Assembly: GCF_006345805.1 (NCBI RefSeq) | Contig: NC_043006.1 | Location: 27,218,001-27,282,000, forward strand | Source: Octopus sinensis | Lineage: Eukaryota | Direction: 5' to 3' | Length of the DNA: 64,000 bases | Shown: piece after piece, positions 26,475 through 39,294 of the stretch | Numbering within the stretch: position 1 is the first letter of the stretch | Layout: each line of letters begins with the position of its first letter | Program-made: the position numbers and the translations under genes | Notes under the pieces: generated by a model | The model's input: only the letters and a program-made list of their open reading frames with translations | Told to the model about the DNA's origin: nothing | Database searches by the model: none

Positions 26475-27611
26475 GGGGCTAATGCAGTTTCGCACCTCTC
26501 CTTGAAAAATGCATTTTTTCGAAAAAAATAATTTTCGGATCCCTACGTTTTAGATGTCGGAGATTACGAATATGCAAAAATAAATAAATAAAATACCCAG
26601 CCACTACCACCCCACCCCCTTAAAATTTTAAACTCTTTCGAAATTTTTTTTCCCTACGTTTTTCATGACGGACATTCCGAATATGCAAGAAACAACGTTT
26701 TCAAAATTTTGAATTCAATAAGCATATAGATGTGTGTCGCAACAGTTGATCCTGTCTCCTCTCATCACACCCGAACTTTTACGGATTCTATCTGTCTTCT
26801 CTCATCACCCACCAACTTCTACTGGACTTTCTACACTTCTCCTGCCTATGGATTTCACTGGATTCCTCTGTTGATGAAAAATCGCTCCAATACACCACGA
26901 CGTCTGAAGCTTTTGAACTTTTCGTAACTTTTTCACACTTTCTAAACTCTTTTTGTCCATGATAGATCGCTAGCCACCACACATTCTTTATTTTCTCTCC
27001 TTGTTTCTTTCTGTGGAAGAGCGTAGGCTCGAAACGTTGAAGACTTTTTCACTTCCAGAGCGTTATACTAATACATCTGTTTGTTGTCTACATCACCTGT
27101 CTTCGTCTTTTTCCTTTTTTTTTTGTGAATTCTCCCTTGTGTAAAAGAGATATGAATGTCTTCCTGTGGCTAAAAACTACAGTTACACCGTCTTCTATAG
27201 GACCACTGCATTTAGTCGACAAATATATTTTATGAATAAACGGACAGGGATAAATAGATAGACAAATAAATAAATAAATGGATGAAAAAGTTCAAAATTA
27301 AAAATTGGGGAGGGGGTGAAATTTGAGCTCTTTATTAAACTTTATAACATTAGTTATTAAACATTGTTTTTTCCTCATAAAATGGATTATGATTAAGGCA
27401 AACTCAAGTAAAACGCAAATTCTTTTCACTTTAATGTTTTTGTATTTAATTTCGATTTGCATATGTTCGTAAATTCGCTACAATTTCTTTAAAGTAAGCA
27501 AAATAAAAAATGTTAATGGGTGGGGGTTGCATATTCATAATTTCCGATATCTAAAACGTAGGAATCCGAAAAAAAAAAAGGAAGGGTGCGAAACTGCATT
27601 AGTCTAACCCC
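26475..27611. mobile_element. MITE with GGGG/CCCC ends and an apparent 6-bp TSD
   Basis: ctaatgcagtttcgcacc / ggtgcgaaactgcattag plus subterminal inverted cctacgttttagat.tcgga.att..gaatatgca. Flanks tctgtc / tctgcc. Confidence 0.7.
26725..27140 (+). mobile_element. Penelope-type end fragment with degenerate hammerhead motif, nested in the MITE
   Basis: 27006-27043: tcttt CTGTGGA a gagc-gtag-gctc GAAA cgtt gaaga. Confidence 0.45.
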
Positions 27612-28149
27612 TCTGCCCGTAACTCCTTTGCTCCCTCTCACATCTGGATGCTGCGGAAATGAAAGGGTCAGTATTTCCATAGCCAAACCGAACAAATTCC
27701 TTTAGTATCGGTGAACCATTTCTTTCAGCCTGTGGCATTTGAGATGTTTGTAGGGGCTGGGCCGCTAACAGCGGAAGCGGCTCGCCTTACCGAGGTGTTA
27801 AGTGATTCCTGCGAGAGTACTTGGCTGTTCTAACGCTTTAGCCTCGCCATTGTCCGCTGTAATGCTGCGAGAGTATTGGCTTTCTTCAGTAGGGTCTGTT
27901 GAACCTTGTAGTGTGCGACCGATTGATGCACTTAATGTTGAATTGATATTTCTTAATTATTATTGGGGGGTGGAGTGGAATTCTGGTTTAAGTACACTTA
28001 TGACTTATTTTGGGGAATTTTCAGAAAAGTTTTGGGAATTTGTGATCTACACATGAGAATTCATACGATTGGAGCTAATTAAAAAAATTTTGTGATTTAA
28101 AGGCGATTTAGCAGTTAGCACATTTCACGACCACCTCATATCCTACTTG

Positions 28150-28510
28150 GGTTAAACTAAAGCGTTTAACCCGGTCATAAAAATAAAACAAAAAAATAGT
28201 GCAATAGGTGTAAAACAACTTCCTCCAAACGAATATGAAAAAAAAAATGCGCGCTCACGAAAGGGGGGTGAGGGAGAGGCCTCGGAAAATTCACATCGTG
28301 AATTTCCGAAAGCGTCTGAGGGTCTGACCCGGGCACAAAAACAAAAAAAAAATAGTGTAATATGTGTAAAACAACTTGCTCTAAACGAATATGACAAAAA
28401 AATGCGCTCTCGCGAAAGGGGTGGGTGGGGGAGAGGACTCGGAAAATTCACATCTTCAGTCCATGGCCTTTAAACTATAGTATTTGACCCGGGCCGGAAA
28501 AAAATTAAAA
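28150..28510. repeat. ~150-bp tandem units related to the 61631-62815 element
   Basis: Repeated acccgg..aaaaatagtg.aata.gtgtaaaacaactt.ctc.aaacgaatatg...ggagagg.ctcggaaaattcacatc. Confidence 0.65.
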
Positions 28511-28516
28511 AATAGT

Positions 28517-28994
28517 GGGATATTTTCCTCTTGAACGGCAGTTTTCAACACAATTTCTAGTTAACTAAACACTTTTAAACTTCGTATGCTGGTAGATCCC
28601 AAAACTGCCGTTCAAAAGGAAAAAATCCCTATTTTCCATTGCTTTCGTTTTAGCCTTTTTTTTCTTTTTCTACGAAAGCAATGGAAAATAATTTAAACAA
28701 TTAACAAACAAAATGATTCTATAATTTTATACACACGCTTTCCGTACGTATACATAACAGTGACAGGATGTTGTTTGTTTTAGACGCACCAAATGAGTTT
28801 AGCTCAATAGAGGCCATTGATTGGTTAAAATTCGAAAAATTAAACTACGTTAAACTTACAAATTACAATTTTCTCAAGAAAGCCAAGAGAAAAAAATGTT
28901 TTATTTTGACACATTCTACCAGTAATCGAAATTTAAAAGTGTTTAGTTAACTAGAAATTGTGTTGAAAACTGCCGTTCAAAAGGAAAAGATCCG
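28517..28994. mobile_element. MITE with ~60-bp TIRs, GG termini and 8-bp TSD (Merlin-like)
   Basis: ggatattttcctcttgaacggcagttttcaacacaatttctagttaactaaacactttt is inverted at 28935-28993. AAAATAGT on both flanks. Extra right-end copies at 28601-28629 and 29124-29152. Confidence 0.75.
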
Positions 28995-29389
28995 AAAATA
29001 GTTTAAACAATACACGTATATCTCAAAACAAAAACAAAACGAATAATTTTAGACACACGCGTAACAATTAAGAAAAAACAAAACGAAAGGCTAAAGTTTA
29101 GGGTTAGATATGACACCGCTAGGAAAAACTGCCGTTCAAACCGAAAAGATCCTACTTTAGTAATCATTAATCCTAATCATATTTCTGGAAAATCATTGTC
29201 GATTATGGTAGCATAAATGCTTGTTTAGAAACGTTAGAGCCAAATGCGGCTACAATATATGATGCATAAGTAGTACAGTGATTATTTTTTTATTGCTTTA
29301 TACCCTGGGAAGAAAGTAATATATGCTACATTGACTTCTTATGACTCCACAACTCACCTCACATATATATACATATGCGCGCGTACACT

Positions 29390-29606
29390 CTGCATAGAAA
29401 CTGTGGCTAAAGACAGTCATATTACCTACTTCGAGTTACGAATCTGTGGCTATATGTTGTAGATTGCCCGTTGGACAGCATCTGTAAGATGGAATTAATT
29501 AAACCTTCGAAAATTCCCATCTAACAATAAAATCGTTTTTACGATAGATTGCTAAAAACGTACCGCACAATGTGTCATTTTTTACAACTGAAAATGGTAA
29601 GTTGAC
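29390..29606 (+). promoter_or_regulatory. ZF-gene promoter/first exon module B, splice donor at 29597
   Basis: gaaactgtggctaaagac, acgaatctgtggcta, AATG|GTAAGTTGAC. Confidence 0.6.
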
Positions 29607-31097
29607 TGAGATTTGTTTTAAACTGTAATAATGTGTGCAAATAATAGAATTCTGTGAACTTCGAAGATACAGTAGTAATTATGTCTACAGATGTAGGAAA
29701 AGATATTTCCTTCAAGGAAAAGAACTAACGTTAGAAAATGGTAATTTCTTCTCAGGATATAGGAGTTAGAAGTGAAAAGGCATAATAGCAGTGGAGGCGC
29801 ATTATATATTTTGGGGCATAACTACACATTTCGGTATTTTTTTATTCTTTCACCCGCACGATTTTCCCTAAGAAAAAAAAAAAAAAACCTCGGACTTTTT
29901 GTGTGGAATCAAGTACCCTGACCTAATATGCTGCAACCCCCTTAGGGGTAGGTGGGAATCCCCCCCCCCCATATCCCGGAATCATTGGAATTTTTTTTTT
30001 TTTTCGTTAACTGAATTCCGGTGACCTAATATGCATCAAAACCCTTTTCTGAGTCCGGTGGGTGGAACCCTCGGAAATTTCACCCCCACCCCCCTTTTCA
30101 AATTTCTTTTTTCTATTTCTTTACCCATAATTTTAGATAACATTTTGCAGAAATACGTTTTCGAGATAGTGTGGCTTACATGAGACTGAAAATTCAAACA
30201 AGTTTGAAATGAATAAGTGAAAATGCAGAGGTTATAGAAGTTAGTGGTAACGAAGTGTGTGGAGAGAGAACGAACGATAAATTCATCTAAAAAAAAAAAA
30301 ACACGTTAGAGTTTTTGCTGGTATGTGTGAAACGAAGTAAAAGTATAATATTAAAACAAAAATATGTGGACGACATCAAAGTTAAACAATGGGAAAGCAT
30401 CGGATTGTGGTTTAAATAATTTATTTGACACTTGCAATTACGTGTTACTGTATACAACAGAAAATTCACTACATGATATTATATTACCAACTTGCTTCGA
30501 GTTGGCGAAGTAGAAAATAAACAGGGGAAATACTGTGTCGATGTGATGAGGTAGAACTGGGCATGTTTTGTGCCTGTGTGTGTGTGTGTTGGTCATTCGG
30601 TCGTGTCTGTTTATGTTCTGCTACTGTGTTGGGTCGTTCATACTGAATATGTGGTTCTGTGTTGGTTGCATGACTGGCACAAGTTAACTGCTGGCTGTCT
30701 GCTTGTCTCTTGACCGTTCGTCTGGTGATGGCTGTCTGCCTCCTGGTGTATGTCTGACTTTATTTATAATGGTCGTGACAGCTAGGACAGACTACATGAG
30801 TGAGTAATTTCTACCTATGTAGGTTGCCTCCTGTCCACTTGAACCTTAAATGACATAGCACAGGTCATAGGCTGAAGGGGAATCCATCCATCACTTTTTG
30901 ATAGAACAAAGAAATTTCTTTTATGCCTGTTTGATCTGCTAGAAATAGTTGTCAATTTTCTCTCTAATTACTTCTACTGTTTCGAAAAGCAAGTACATTA
31001 GATAATGTAGTGCCAGATGTTTTCAGAGGCCATAAAATGAGTTATGGACACTACTCTTCTGACAAAACAATAAAAAGGTAAGAATAAAAACCCTACA

Positions 31098-32610
31098 TAG
31101 GCTGACCAAAGCCTTTTGAATGAGTGGATTTGGTAAATGAAAACTGAAAGAAGCCTGTTGTATATACAGGAGTTGGACAAAATAATGGAAACACCTTAAA
31201 ATTTCAAACCAATTTATTTTAATATGAGGTAGGACTGCCTTTGGCAGTAATTACAGCTTGAATTCTGCAAGGTATGGACTCGTACAAAGTTTGAATTGTT
31301 TCCAAACGAATTTTTGTCCATTCTTCAGCTAAAACAGTCTCCAGTTCTTGTAGTGATGATGGTGGAGGATATCGACTCCTTGTTTTTCTAAAATGCACCA
31401 TAAATGTTCAATAATATTGAGATCTGGGGACTGTGGTGGCCAGATAAGATGCTCAACTTCACTAGAATGTTCCTTGTACCATTCAGTAACAACTTTAACT
31501 GTGTGAATTGGTGCATTATCATCCTGAAAGATTGCATTTCCCTCTGGAAACAGTTCCACAACCATAGGATGAATTTGATCAGATAAAATGCTTAAATAGT
31601 CTTGACTATTAATTCAGCCATGAAGGGAAACCATTGGGCCAGCAGATTTCCAAGATATAGCCCCCAGATCATCACAGATCCTCCTCCATGTTTAACAGTT
31701 GTAAGAAGTAGTCTGGGTCAAATGCTTCTTTTGGCAGTCTCCACTTGTATAATTGGCTGGTGGTTGGAAGTAAGGTAAAGGATGACTCGTCTGAGAAAAT
31801 AAGTCTTCCACTGCGCTAGGGGCCAATTCTGTAGGTTTTCACTCCACTCTAAATGCTTTGCAATGTTTGTTTTTGAAAGTAGTGGTTTTCTGCCTGCAAC
31901 CCTCCCATGAAATCCAGCTTTGTGCAGCTCCCGGCGAACAGTTTTTGTGGTAACTGGGTTCTCGAGGTGGTCATTAAACTCTGCAATAATTTTGGGAGCT
32001 GTACTTTTGTGATCTTTTCTAACAATTCACATAAGAGTCCGACAGTCCCTATCTGAAAGTTTTGGTTTTCCTCCAGAGTTTTGTTTCAATGAGGAGGTTT
32101 TACCCTCTTTCTCAAAGGCTGTCATTACTTTTGAGACAGTGCTTCTTGATACACCAAACATTTTGGCTGTTTACATTACGCTAGAGCCTGCTATGTGAAC
32201 ACCAACAATTTGACTTCTTTGAAAGTCTGATAGATCTGTCATTTTAATGAATTTTAATTACCTTTTACTGGTGATATCTGAAAAGAAACAGCAAAACATA
32301 TTAAGCAACACTAAGAATAAATAAAAAAAACATACAAGTAGGCAAGTTTTTGACAGTTTTATAGATATTTCAAAATTATGATGCTAGGTGTTTCCATTAT
32401 TTTGTCCAACCCCTGTATATATATATGTGTGTGCACCTGTGTTTGTCTCCCACCACTGCTTGGCAACTGGTATAGGTTGGTTTGTCTTCAAAATGGTTCA
32501 GCAGAAGAGATTGATAGAATAAGTACAATTCTTAAAAATAAGTACTGGTGTTGATTTGTTTGACTAAACTCTTCAAGGGTTTAGTGAAATACGTAAACAA
32601 TAAAAGATAG
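31098..32610 (+). mobile_element. tRNA-SINE body split by a Tc1 insertion in its internal TA run
   Basis: SINE core ends at 31166 and resumes at 32416 with gtgtttgtctccc...aataagtac. Confidence 0.7.
31167..32415 (-). mobile_element. Full-length Tc1 (DD34E) element with decayed transposase
   Basis: 29-bp TIRs caggagttggacaaaataatggaaacacc / ggtgtttccattattttgtccaacccctg, TA TSD. Motifs FSDES, FQDDNAPIH, WPPQSPDLNIIE. Confidence 0.93.
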
Positions 32611-33292
32611 TCTTAAAAAGAAGAGCAGGTTATAGTTGAGGTGTCTTAATCATAAATTTGCTTAATTAGGTTTTACTTTTAATAATAAGGTTAACTTAAT
32701 CAACACTAATTTAGCTTTAAATATAATGCTATAATAGGAAAGCTGTGTGTGACGGTTCATCTTGCTAAAAATGTACTCAACTTCCCCTCATGTTACACCC
32801 TACCTTCTAGTAAGGAGATGGATAAATTGGTTCAATTCAGCTGTTCAGGTAAATGTTTATATTTACAGTTTATCAATGTAGAAATGTAGTTAAATATTTT
32901 ACTGTTAAATACTATTTAAATATTCCTTATATCTTATAGTTTTTATTTTTGTTTTCATTTCAGAATAACAAATGAGATTGCCTTGCAGTATTTTAAACTT
33001 ATGATACATCATCAATATTTATCATCTAAAGGTAGATGTTATATGCTATACAGGACATATAAACCTTTATTTCATTAATCTCTGGTAGAATTACTGAGAG
33101 AGATTTCTTCAAAGTAAAGTTATTTACAAACTATCTCTACTTCACTGTCTGGAATGTTTACAAGATGAATTTGTTGTCAACAGTATAAGACACAAAGAAA
33201 TTAATTGTTGTAAAAATATTTACTTAGAATACAATATAAAAAAAAAACAAAGAAGCACAGTATTTGCATACTGCGGTGATAGATGAAAAATT

Positions 33293-35068
33293 ATGGAAAA
33301 TGAATTATGTGACAACCAAAATAAACGCAAGTCAGAGTTGCTTAGAACAGATTTTCCTGATGAAAATCTGAAAGAGATGAGGAAAATATCATACCACTGT
33401 GATATCTGTAAAAAGTCATTCACTCAGAAAAGTAATCTAACCACACACAAACGTATTCATACTGGAGAGAAGCGCTATTGTTGTGATATCTGTGGTAAAT
33501 CATTCCTTCGAAATGATGAGGTTGCTATTCACAAACGTATTCATACAGGGGAGAAACCATATCATTGTGATATCTGTGGTAAATCATTCTCTGTAAAGAG
33601 TACCTTAACTAAACATAAGCGCATTCATACAGGAGAAAAACCATATCACTGTGATATTTGTGGCAAATCATTCTCAGAGAAAGGTGCTTTAACTCAGCAC
33701 AAACGTACTCATACAGGAGTGAAGCCATATAATTGTAATATCTGTGGTAAATCATTCTCTCAAAGCAGCAGCTTAACTAAACACAAAGACCTTCATACAG
33801 GGGAGAAGCCCTATCAGTGTGATATCTGTGGTAAATCATTCTCTGAAAACGGTACATTAACTACTCACAAACGTATTCATACAGGAGAGAAGCCCTATCA
33901 CTGTGATGTATGTGGTAAATCATTCTGTCAAAAAAATGATTTAAATACTCACAAACGTATTCATACAGGTGAGAAACCATATCACTGCGATATATGTGGT
34001 AAATCTTTTACTCGAAGTGGGGAGTTAACTAGTCACAAACGTATTCATACAGGAGAGAAGCCATATTGCTGTGCTATCTGTGGTAAATCCTTTTCTCAAG
34101 GAAGTGCCTTAATTAGCCACAAACGCGTTCATACAGGAGAGAAGCCATATCACTGTGATATCTGTGGTAAATCATTCTCTGTAAGTAGTGAAATAACTCC
34201 TCACAAACGTATTCATACTGGAGTGAAGCCCTATCACTGTGATGTCTGTGGTAAATCATTTGTTCGAAATGATTACTTAACTAACCATAAACGCATTCAT
34301 ACAGGAGAAAAACCATATCACTGTGATATCTGTGGTAAATCATTCTCTCTAAGTTGTCAGTTAACTACTCACCAACGCATTCATACTGGAGCAAAGCCAT
34401 ATCGGTGTGATATCTGTGGTAAATCATTCCCACAAACTTGCGGATTAACTTCTCACAAACGTATTCATACAGGAGAGAAACCATATCATTGCGATGTCTG
34501 TGGTAAATCATTCACTGTAAATAGTACATTAACAAAACACAAACGCATTCATACAGGAGAGAAGCCATATCACTGTGATATCTGTGGTAAAACATTCTCT
34601 GAAGGAAGTGCCTTAACTAAACACAAACATGTTCATACTGGAGTAAAGCCTTATCACTGTAATATCTGTGGTAAAATGTTCTCGGGATGCAGCAACTTGA
34701 CTATTCACAAACGGATTCATACTGGAGAAAGGCCATATCACTGTGATATCTGTGGTAAATCTTTCTCTGTAACTAGTCGTTTAACTAATCATAAACGCAT
34801 TCATACTGGAGAGAAGCCATATTGTTGCAATGTGTGTAGTAAATCTTTCTCAGAAGGAAGTGCCTTAACTAAGCATAGACGTATTCATACAGGAGAGAAG
34901 CCATACTGCTGTAATATCTGTGGTAAATCATTCACTGTAAATAGTACTTTGACTAAACACAAACGCATTCATACAGGAGAGAAGCCATACCACTGTGTTA
35001 TCTGTGGTAAATCATTCTCTAAAAAATCTCACTTAGCTGCACATGTATGCATTCCTACAGAAGCCTGA
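33293..35068 (+). CDS. Tandem C2H2 zinc-finger protein ZF4 (20 fingers)
   Basis: Uninterrupted 591-aa ORF with a short N-terminus and TGEKP linkers. UTR acceptor at 32963. Confidence 0.95.
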   Translation: MENELCDNQNKRKSELLRTDFPDENLKEMRKISYHCDICKKSFTQKSNLTTHKRIHTGEKRYCCDICGKSFLRNDEVAIHKRIHTGEKPYHCDICGKSFSVKSTLTKHKRIHTGEKPYHCDICGKSFSEKGALTQHKRTHTGVKPYNCNICGKSFSQSSSLTKHKDLHTGEKPYQCDICGKSFSENGTLTTHKRIHTGEKPYHCDVCGKSFCQKNDLNTHKRIHTGEKPYHCDICGKSFTRSGELTSHKRIHTGEKPYCCAICGKSFSQGSALISHKRVHTGEKPYHCDICGKSFSVSSEITPHKRIHTGVKPYHCDVCGKSFVRNDYLTNHKRIHTGEKPYHCDICGKSFSLSCQLTTHQRIHTGAKPYRCDICGKSFPQTCGLTSHKRIHTGEKPYHCDVCGKSFTVNSTLTKHKRIHTGEKPYHCDICGKTFSEGSALTKHKHVHTGVKPYHCNICGKMFSGCSNLTIHKRIHTGERPYHCDICGKSFSVTSRLTNHKRIHTGEKPYCCNVCSKSFSEGSALTKHRRIHTGEKPYCCNICGKSFTVNSTLTKHKRIHTGEKPYHCVICGKSFSKKSHLAAHVCIPTEA

Positions 35069-35352
35069 CACTTCCAATATCATCTTATATCAATATATAA
35101 CTATAAACACATTCATAGAGAAAAGAGATGTAGCTGTGCCTGAAACTAACTTCCTAATACTATTGTGTATAGCCACAATGATATGTTGAGGATGTAATGG
35201 AGTTCCTCTTAGAGTTTTTCTTGTTAGTATGTGGGATTCTTCTCTTGTAACGCTACATTTTGCCAAGTTGTACACAATTATAACAATCTATTAACATAAT
35301 CAGGAATATTATTTACATTTGACGGATATTTGTCCTGATCTTGTTTGTTGTT

Positions 35353-35398
35353 AACACAATGTTTTGGCTGATATACCTGCCAGCCTTCATCAGGTATC
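35353..35398 (-). ncRNA. Inverted copy of the same hammerhead motif
   Basis: Minus strand gatac CTGATGA a ggctg-gcaggtatat-cagcc AAAA catt gtgtt. Confidence 0.62.
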
Positions 35399-35445
35399 TT
35401 GGGGAAATTTCAAACCTGGGTTCTTATTCCTAAGGTATTTTTTGA

Positions 35446-35499
<54 letters not shown>

Positions 35500-35679
35500 G
35501 GTCACTGCCAGGAATATGGAATAGTGGTTCAGAGTGTGGGCTACTAACCCCAAGATTCTGAGTTTGATTCCAGGCAGTGACCTGAATAATAATAATAATA
35601 ATAATAATAGATGATGATGATGATGATGAATATTGAAAAATACCTTTGGAATAAGAACGCAGGTTCAAAATTTCCCCAA

Positions 35680-35725
35680 GACACCTGATGAAGGCTGGAG
35701 GGTATATCAGCCAAAACGTTGTGTT
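35680..35725 (+). ncRNA. Minimal type I hammerhead ribozyme motif (G12 mutated to A)
   Basis: gacac CTGATGA a ggctg-gagggtatat-cagcc AAAA cgtt gtgtt. Palindromic stem III AACGTT, and stem I gacac/gtgtt. Confidence 0.7.
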
Positions 35726-37205
35726 AACAACAAGCAAGATGAGGATAAATATCCGTCAAATGTAAATAATGTACATAATTCCTCATCTCTTAAATATAGA
35801 GCTGTATAATCAGGAATGTCAGAAAATAACCTATTTTATAATACTGATTGAAGGAAAATGGCCTACTGTCAATAACTTGCCCATAGATAGTTTTGATGAG
35901 TGGAAATTGCAGACTTCATGGTCCTGTTATATCCTAAGCATACTTGCAAAAACCCAGTAAATAGAAAAGGCATGACTTGAATAAAATTAGAATGAAACTC
36001 ATTAAAATATTTAGTAAATCAAATCTTAAGATAACAAAAAGTGTATACCTCGAAATCGTTACCTATAAGTTTACACTCTAGAGAACAGTACCAATTCCAT
36101 ATAATGAACAAGGAGATGATTTATATCTACAAAGGCATCAGCCATAATCAAATTATGTTCTATAAAACCATCTCCCTCTCAAACTATTGAGCATGGAAAT
36201 AGGACGATTGTGTGGTTCAGTCTATTCTTTAGTATCAATGTAGCCATGAATATAGCTAGATGGTTCTTATTCATAGTAGACATGGTTTTTCTTGCAAACC
36301 ACACTGATCACAATAACTCTGTTGAAGTTAGCTTTAGTTCAAGCAATATAAGGTCACATATATTCAGCTTACAATGAAGAAGTCAGATGATATAGGATCA
36401 TTTCGGATACACAACTAACTTCTGAATAACAAACACCTTGGAAAAGTATTGGAGTATAGAGCCGATGTTTTAGATAGTAAAGGGATAAAAATAAATACAA
36501 AACATACATCAGCCTCATCAAAAATACATATGCACAGTGGTCTTGTTTAGTTTAGACAGAATAAATGCAATTCCTCCTCACTGTCAATGTTTTTTTTTGT
36601 TGTCATTTTTTTTATCTTTGTTTTTCCATGCTAGCATGGATGAGATGAATTTATTATTGAGGCATTGTTTTACAGTTGAATGTCCTTCCTGTTACTACTT
36701 CTTACTTGATTTTCAACTAAAAGGTCACTTATTTAACATCTTTGAAAGTATAAAACTTGTGGACAGTTTGTTGATTGGAGAAATGATAGTAATATAACCA
36801 CTTATAGTTTGTGAATTGCAGAGAAGTGTGCACAAATGCTGGTACATAAGATATATATATATATATATACAAGATAAGAAAATGGAAAAATACATCTAAA
36901 TCAAATATCAATTACCAGATAATACTCAATCACATACTTTATTAAACCACCACATAAGAGACTGTAGAGTTAAATATAAAAAGCAGAACAAATCAGTGTA
37001 CATAAAGGAATGTAGATAAAAAAGTGTACATAAAAGAGTAATGTTGTATAATAATTAGAATATATATAAAAAAGAATATAAATACAAGTAAATATAAGTA
37101 TAAATTAGATCTTACAGCTGTTTCGGCCATGTTGATAATTATGTCTCATTTTACCAATATTAGCCCTTTATGGTTGGTCAATATATAGATATAAATATAT
37201 ATATA

Positions 37206-38428
37206 TTGGATTGGCAACTTAGTTTCCACTGTTTCTTTTTTTTTATTTAAATTTTTTTTAAAGATTTAATAAAAAATAATAACTAATTAATCAATAATGT
37301 ATTCACCCTTGTGGTTTACAACTTCTCCCCAACATTCAACAAGATTTTCAATACCTCGTTGATAGAAATCACCCTATTTAGACACGAAAAATTGATCCAA
37401 CCAACCTCTCAATTCTGCATCAGTATTGAACAAAACTCTGTGCATACCATTTGAAAGAGGTGGAAATCCGTTGGTGCCAAATCAAGAGAGTACGGCAGGT
37501 GTGGCAGCACTTCACAGCCATGTGTTTGAATGGCTTCCTTGGTCATATTGGCAATATGAGTGCTTGCATTGTCATGCAGCAGAAGAACTCCATGCTACTG
37601 ATTAGGTCTTTTCTCTTGAATAGCCGTGTTGAGTTGTTCCATCTGTTGAACATAGAGTTCCACGTTGACCATTTGGTTCCGTTCAAGCAATTCATAATGG
37701 CTAATTCCTTTTCAGTCCCACCATACGCACAACATCGTTTTATGCGGATGAAGATCTTGTTTCATGTACGGTGTTGCTTATTTACTGGGGCTAAGCCATT
37801 CCTTACGCTGCTTCATATTGATATATAGGCACCATTTTTCATCGCCATTAACGATTTGGTAAAGAAAATGTTGCTTGTGTCCATGAGTTGAGTGGTGACG
37901 AACAAGCAATCAAACAGAGATTGTGATTCATTGATTTTTGTTGTTGTCACTTAAAGCATGCGGAACCCATTCTCCATACTTCTGAACCTTTCCCATTGAG
38001 TGAAGATGCTTCTCTATAGCAGTGTGGGAGCATTCCATTTTTTCTGCCAGTTCCCTTGTGGTTTGACAAGAATTTTCGTGCAAAAGTTAGTTTAATTGCT
38101 CTTCATCGAACTCAGCTGGACAGCCAGAACGAGGTGCATCTTTGAGGTCACAGTTTCCATTTTTTAACTTGGCATACCAATCACGAGCGGTTCTTTCAGC
38201 TATGGCATCCTCTCCATACACAACACAAATGTCATGAGCAGCTTTTGCGGCCTTAGAACCTTGATTAAAAGCAAGAAAAAAGGTGGTGTCGAAATGCTCG
38301 TTTTCCTTAATTTGACATTCCATTTTAATGATCTGAAATTAACTAGAAAAAAAAAAAAAAGATTCCAAAATGATTCAAAAATAGATTCCAAAATTTAAAA
38401 AAAGGGGGGAACTTAGTTGCCAACCCAA
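37206..38428 (-). mobile_element. Mariner element with decayed transposase
   Basis: ttggattggcaacttagtttcc / ggaacttagttgccaacccaa ends within TA runs. GSKAAKAAHDICVVYG, ARDWYAKLKNG..DAPRSG and YSLDLAPTDFHLF motifs. Confidence 0.9.
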
Positions 38429-39294
38429 TATATATATATATATATCCTGGAAACAGCTGTAAGACCTCTTTATAAATGTTCTGAAAACTTTCACAGCCTT
38501 GGATTATTTATCTCATTCTGTTATTTTTTATATATATATATATAAGACAGACTTCTTTCAGTTTCCGTCAACAGAATCCATTCACAAGGTTTTAGAAAAT
38601 GCCCAACTGTGAGACAACTTGAAATCATGGATATGGAAAATTAACTTTTTCAAACTATTATCTCTACTGGAGACAGCAATACTTCAGCCCTTTCTTTCTG
38701 CCTGATATTCTTTCCACTTCACCACCTTTTTGATATCATACACCACTACCTACAACCCCAGGAAACCCCACTCACTTCTTTCTCTGGCTCCACTCTTGGA
38801 CTAACTACCTGCTGTACTAGAATGGAACTCCTGCTCCTCTATATAGACACCTAGTGTCTGTACTTGCAACTTCAGAATTAGCTGTAAACTGTCATAATCT
38901 CTAAATATATATCACAGTGAACAACGTTCGTCTCATGATATAGATGTGTAATGTCTATAGTTTTCCATACAAAACAAACTGTCATGATGTCTGAACATTA
39001 TATCAGAATGGACAACATCCACATGCCATTATACAGAAACTTTGTACATTCTACTAAACAAGGAGACATACATTGCCTAAAACTGTAAACATTGTATTAT
39101 TCGCATACTACCATATTGCAAGACATAAACTGTAATATGCATGTGCAATGTTTGAAATATTTACAATGTGTATTCCAAATATGTATATTTTAGTACAAGA
39201 AAAATTAAAAATTTGGTAGAGAAATTCATAATAACCAAATAAAAAGTATGAAGTAAAGGTATATTGAATAAATTTGAATATTGTATGTTTTCTT

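Larger units (their letters stand above)
26372..27890 (+). mobile_element. CRE-like non-LTR retrotransposon 3' remnant (restriction-like endonuclease domain), split by a MITE
   Basis: Joined translation across the MITE: GKRPDSLTL..WVRGKCIILDVSV|RNSFAPSHI...FQPVAFEM..G...RFSLAIVRCNAARVL. Confidence 0.7.
35308..35805 (+). mobile_element. Palindromic short retroposon: inverted tail copy + tRNA-like head + (AAT)n + hammerhead tail, 12-bp TSD
   Basis: 35308-35515 is the reverse complement of 35567-35770. A box tggaatagtgg and B box agtttgattcc lie in the loop. ATAATCAGGAAT at 35296-35307 and 35806-35817. Confidence 0.85.

Noticed and set aside
30470-30850. Possible solo LTR
   Set aside because: No paired TG..CA ends or TSD could be identified.
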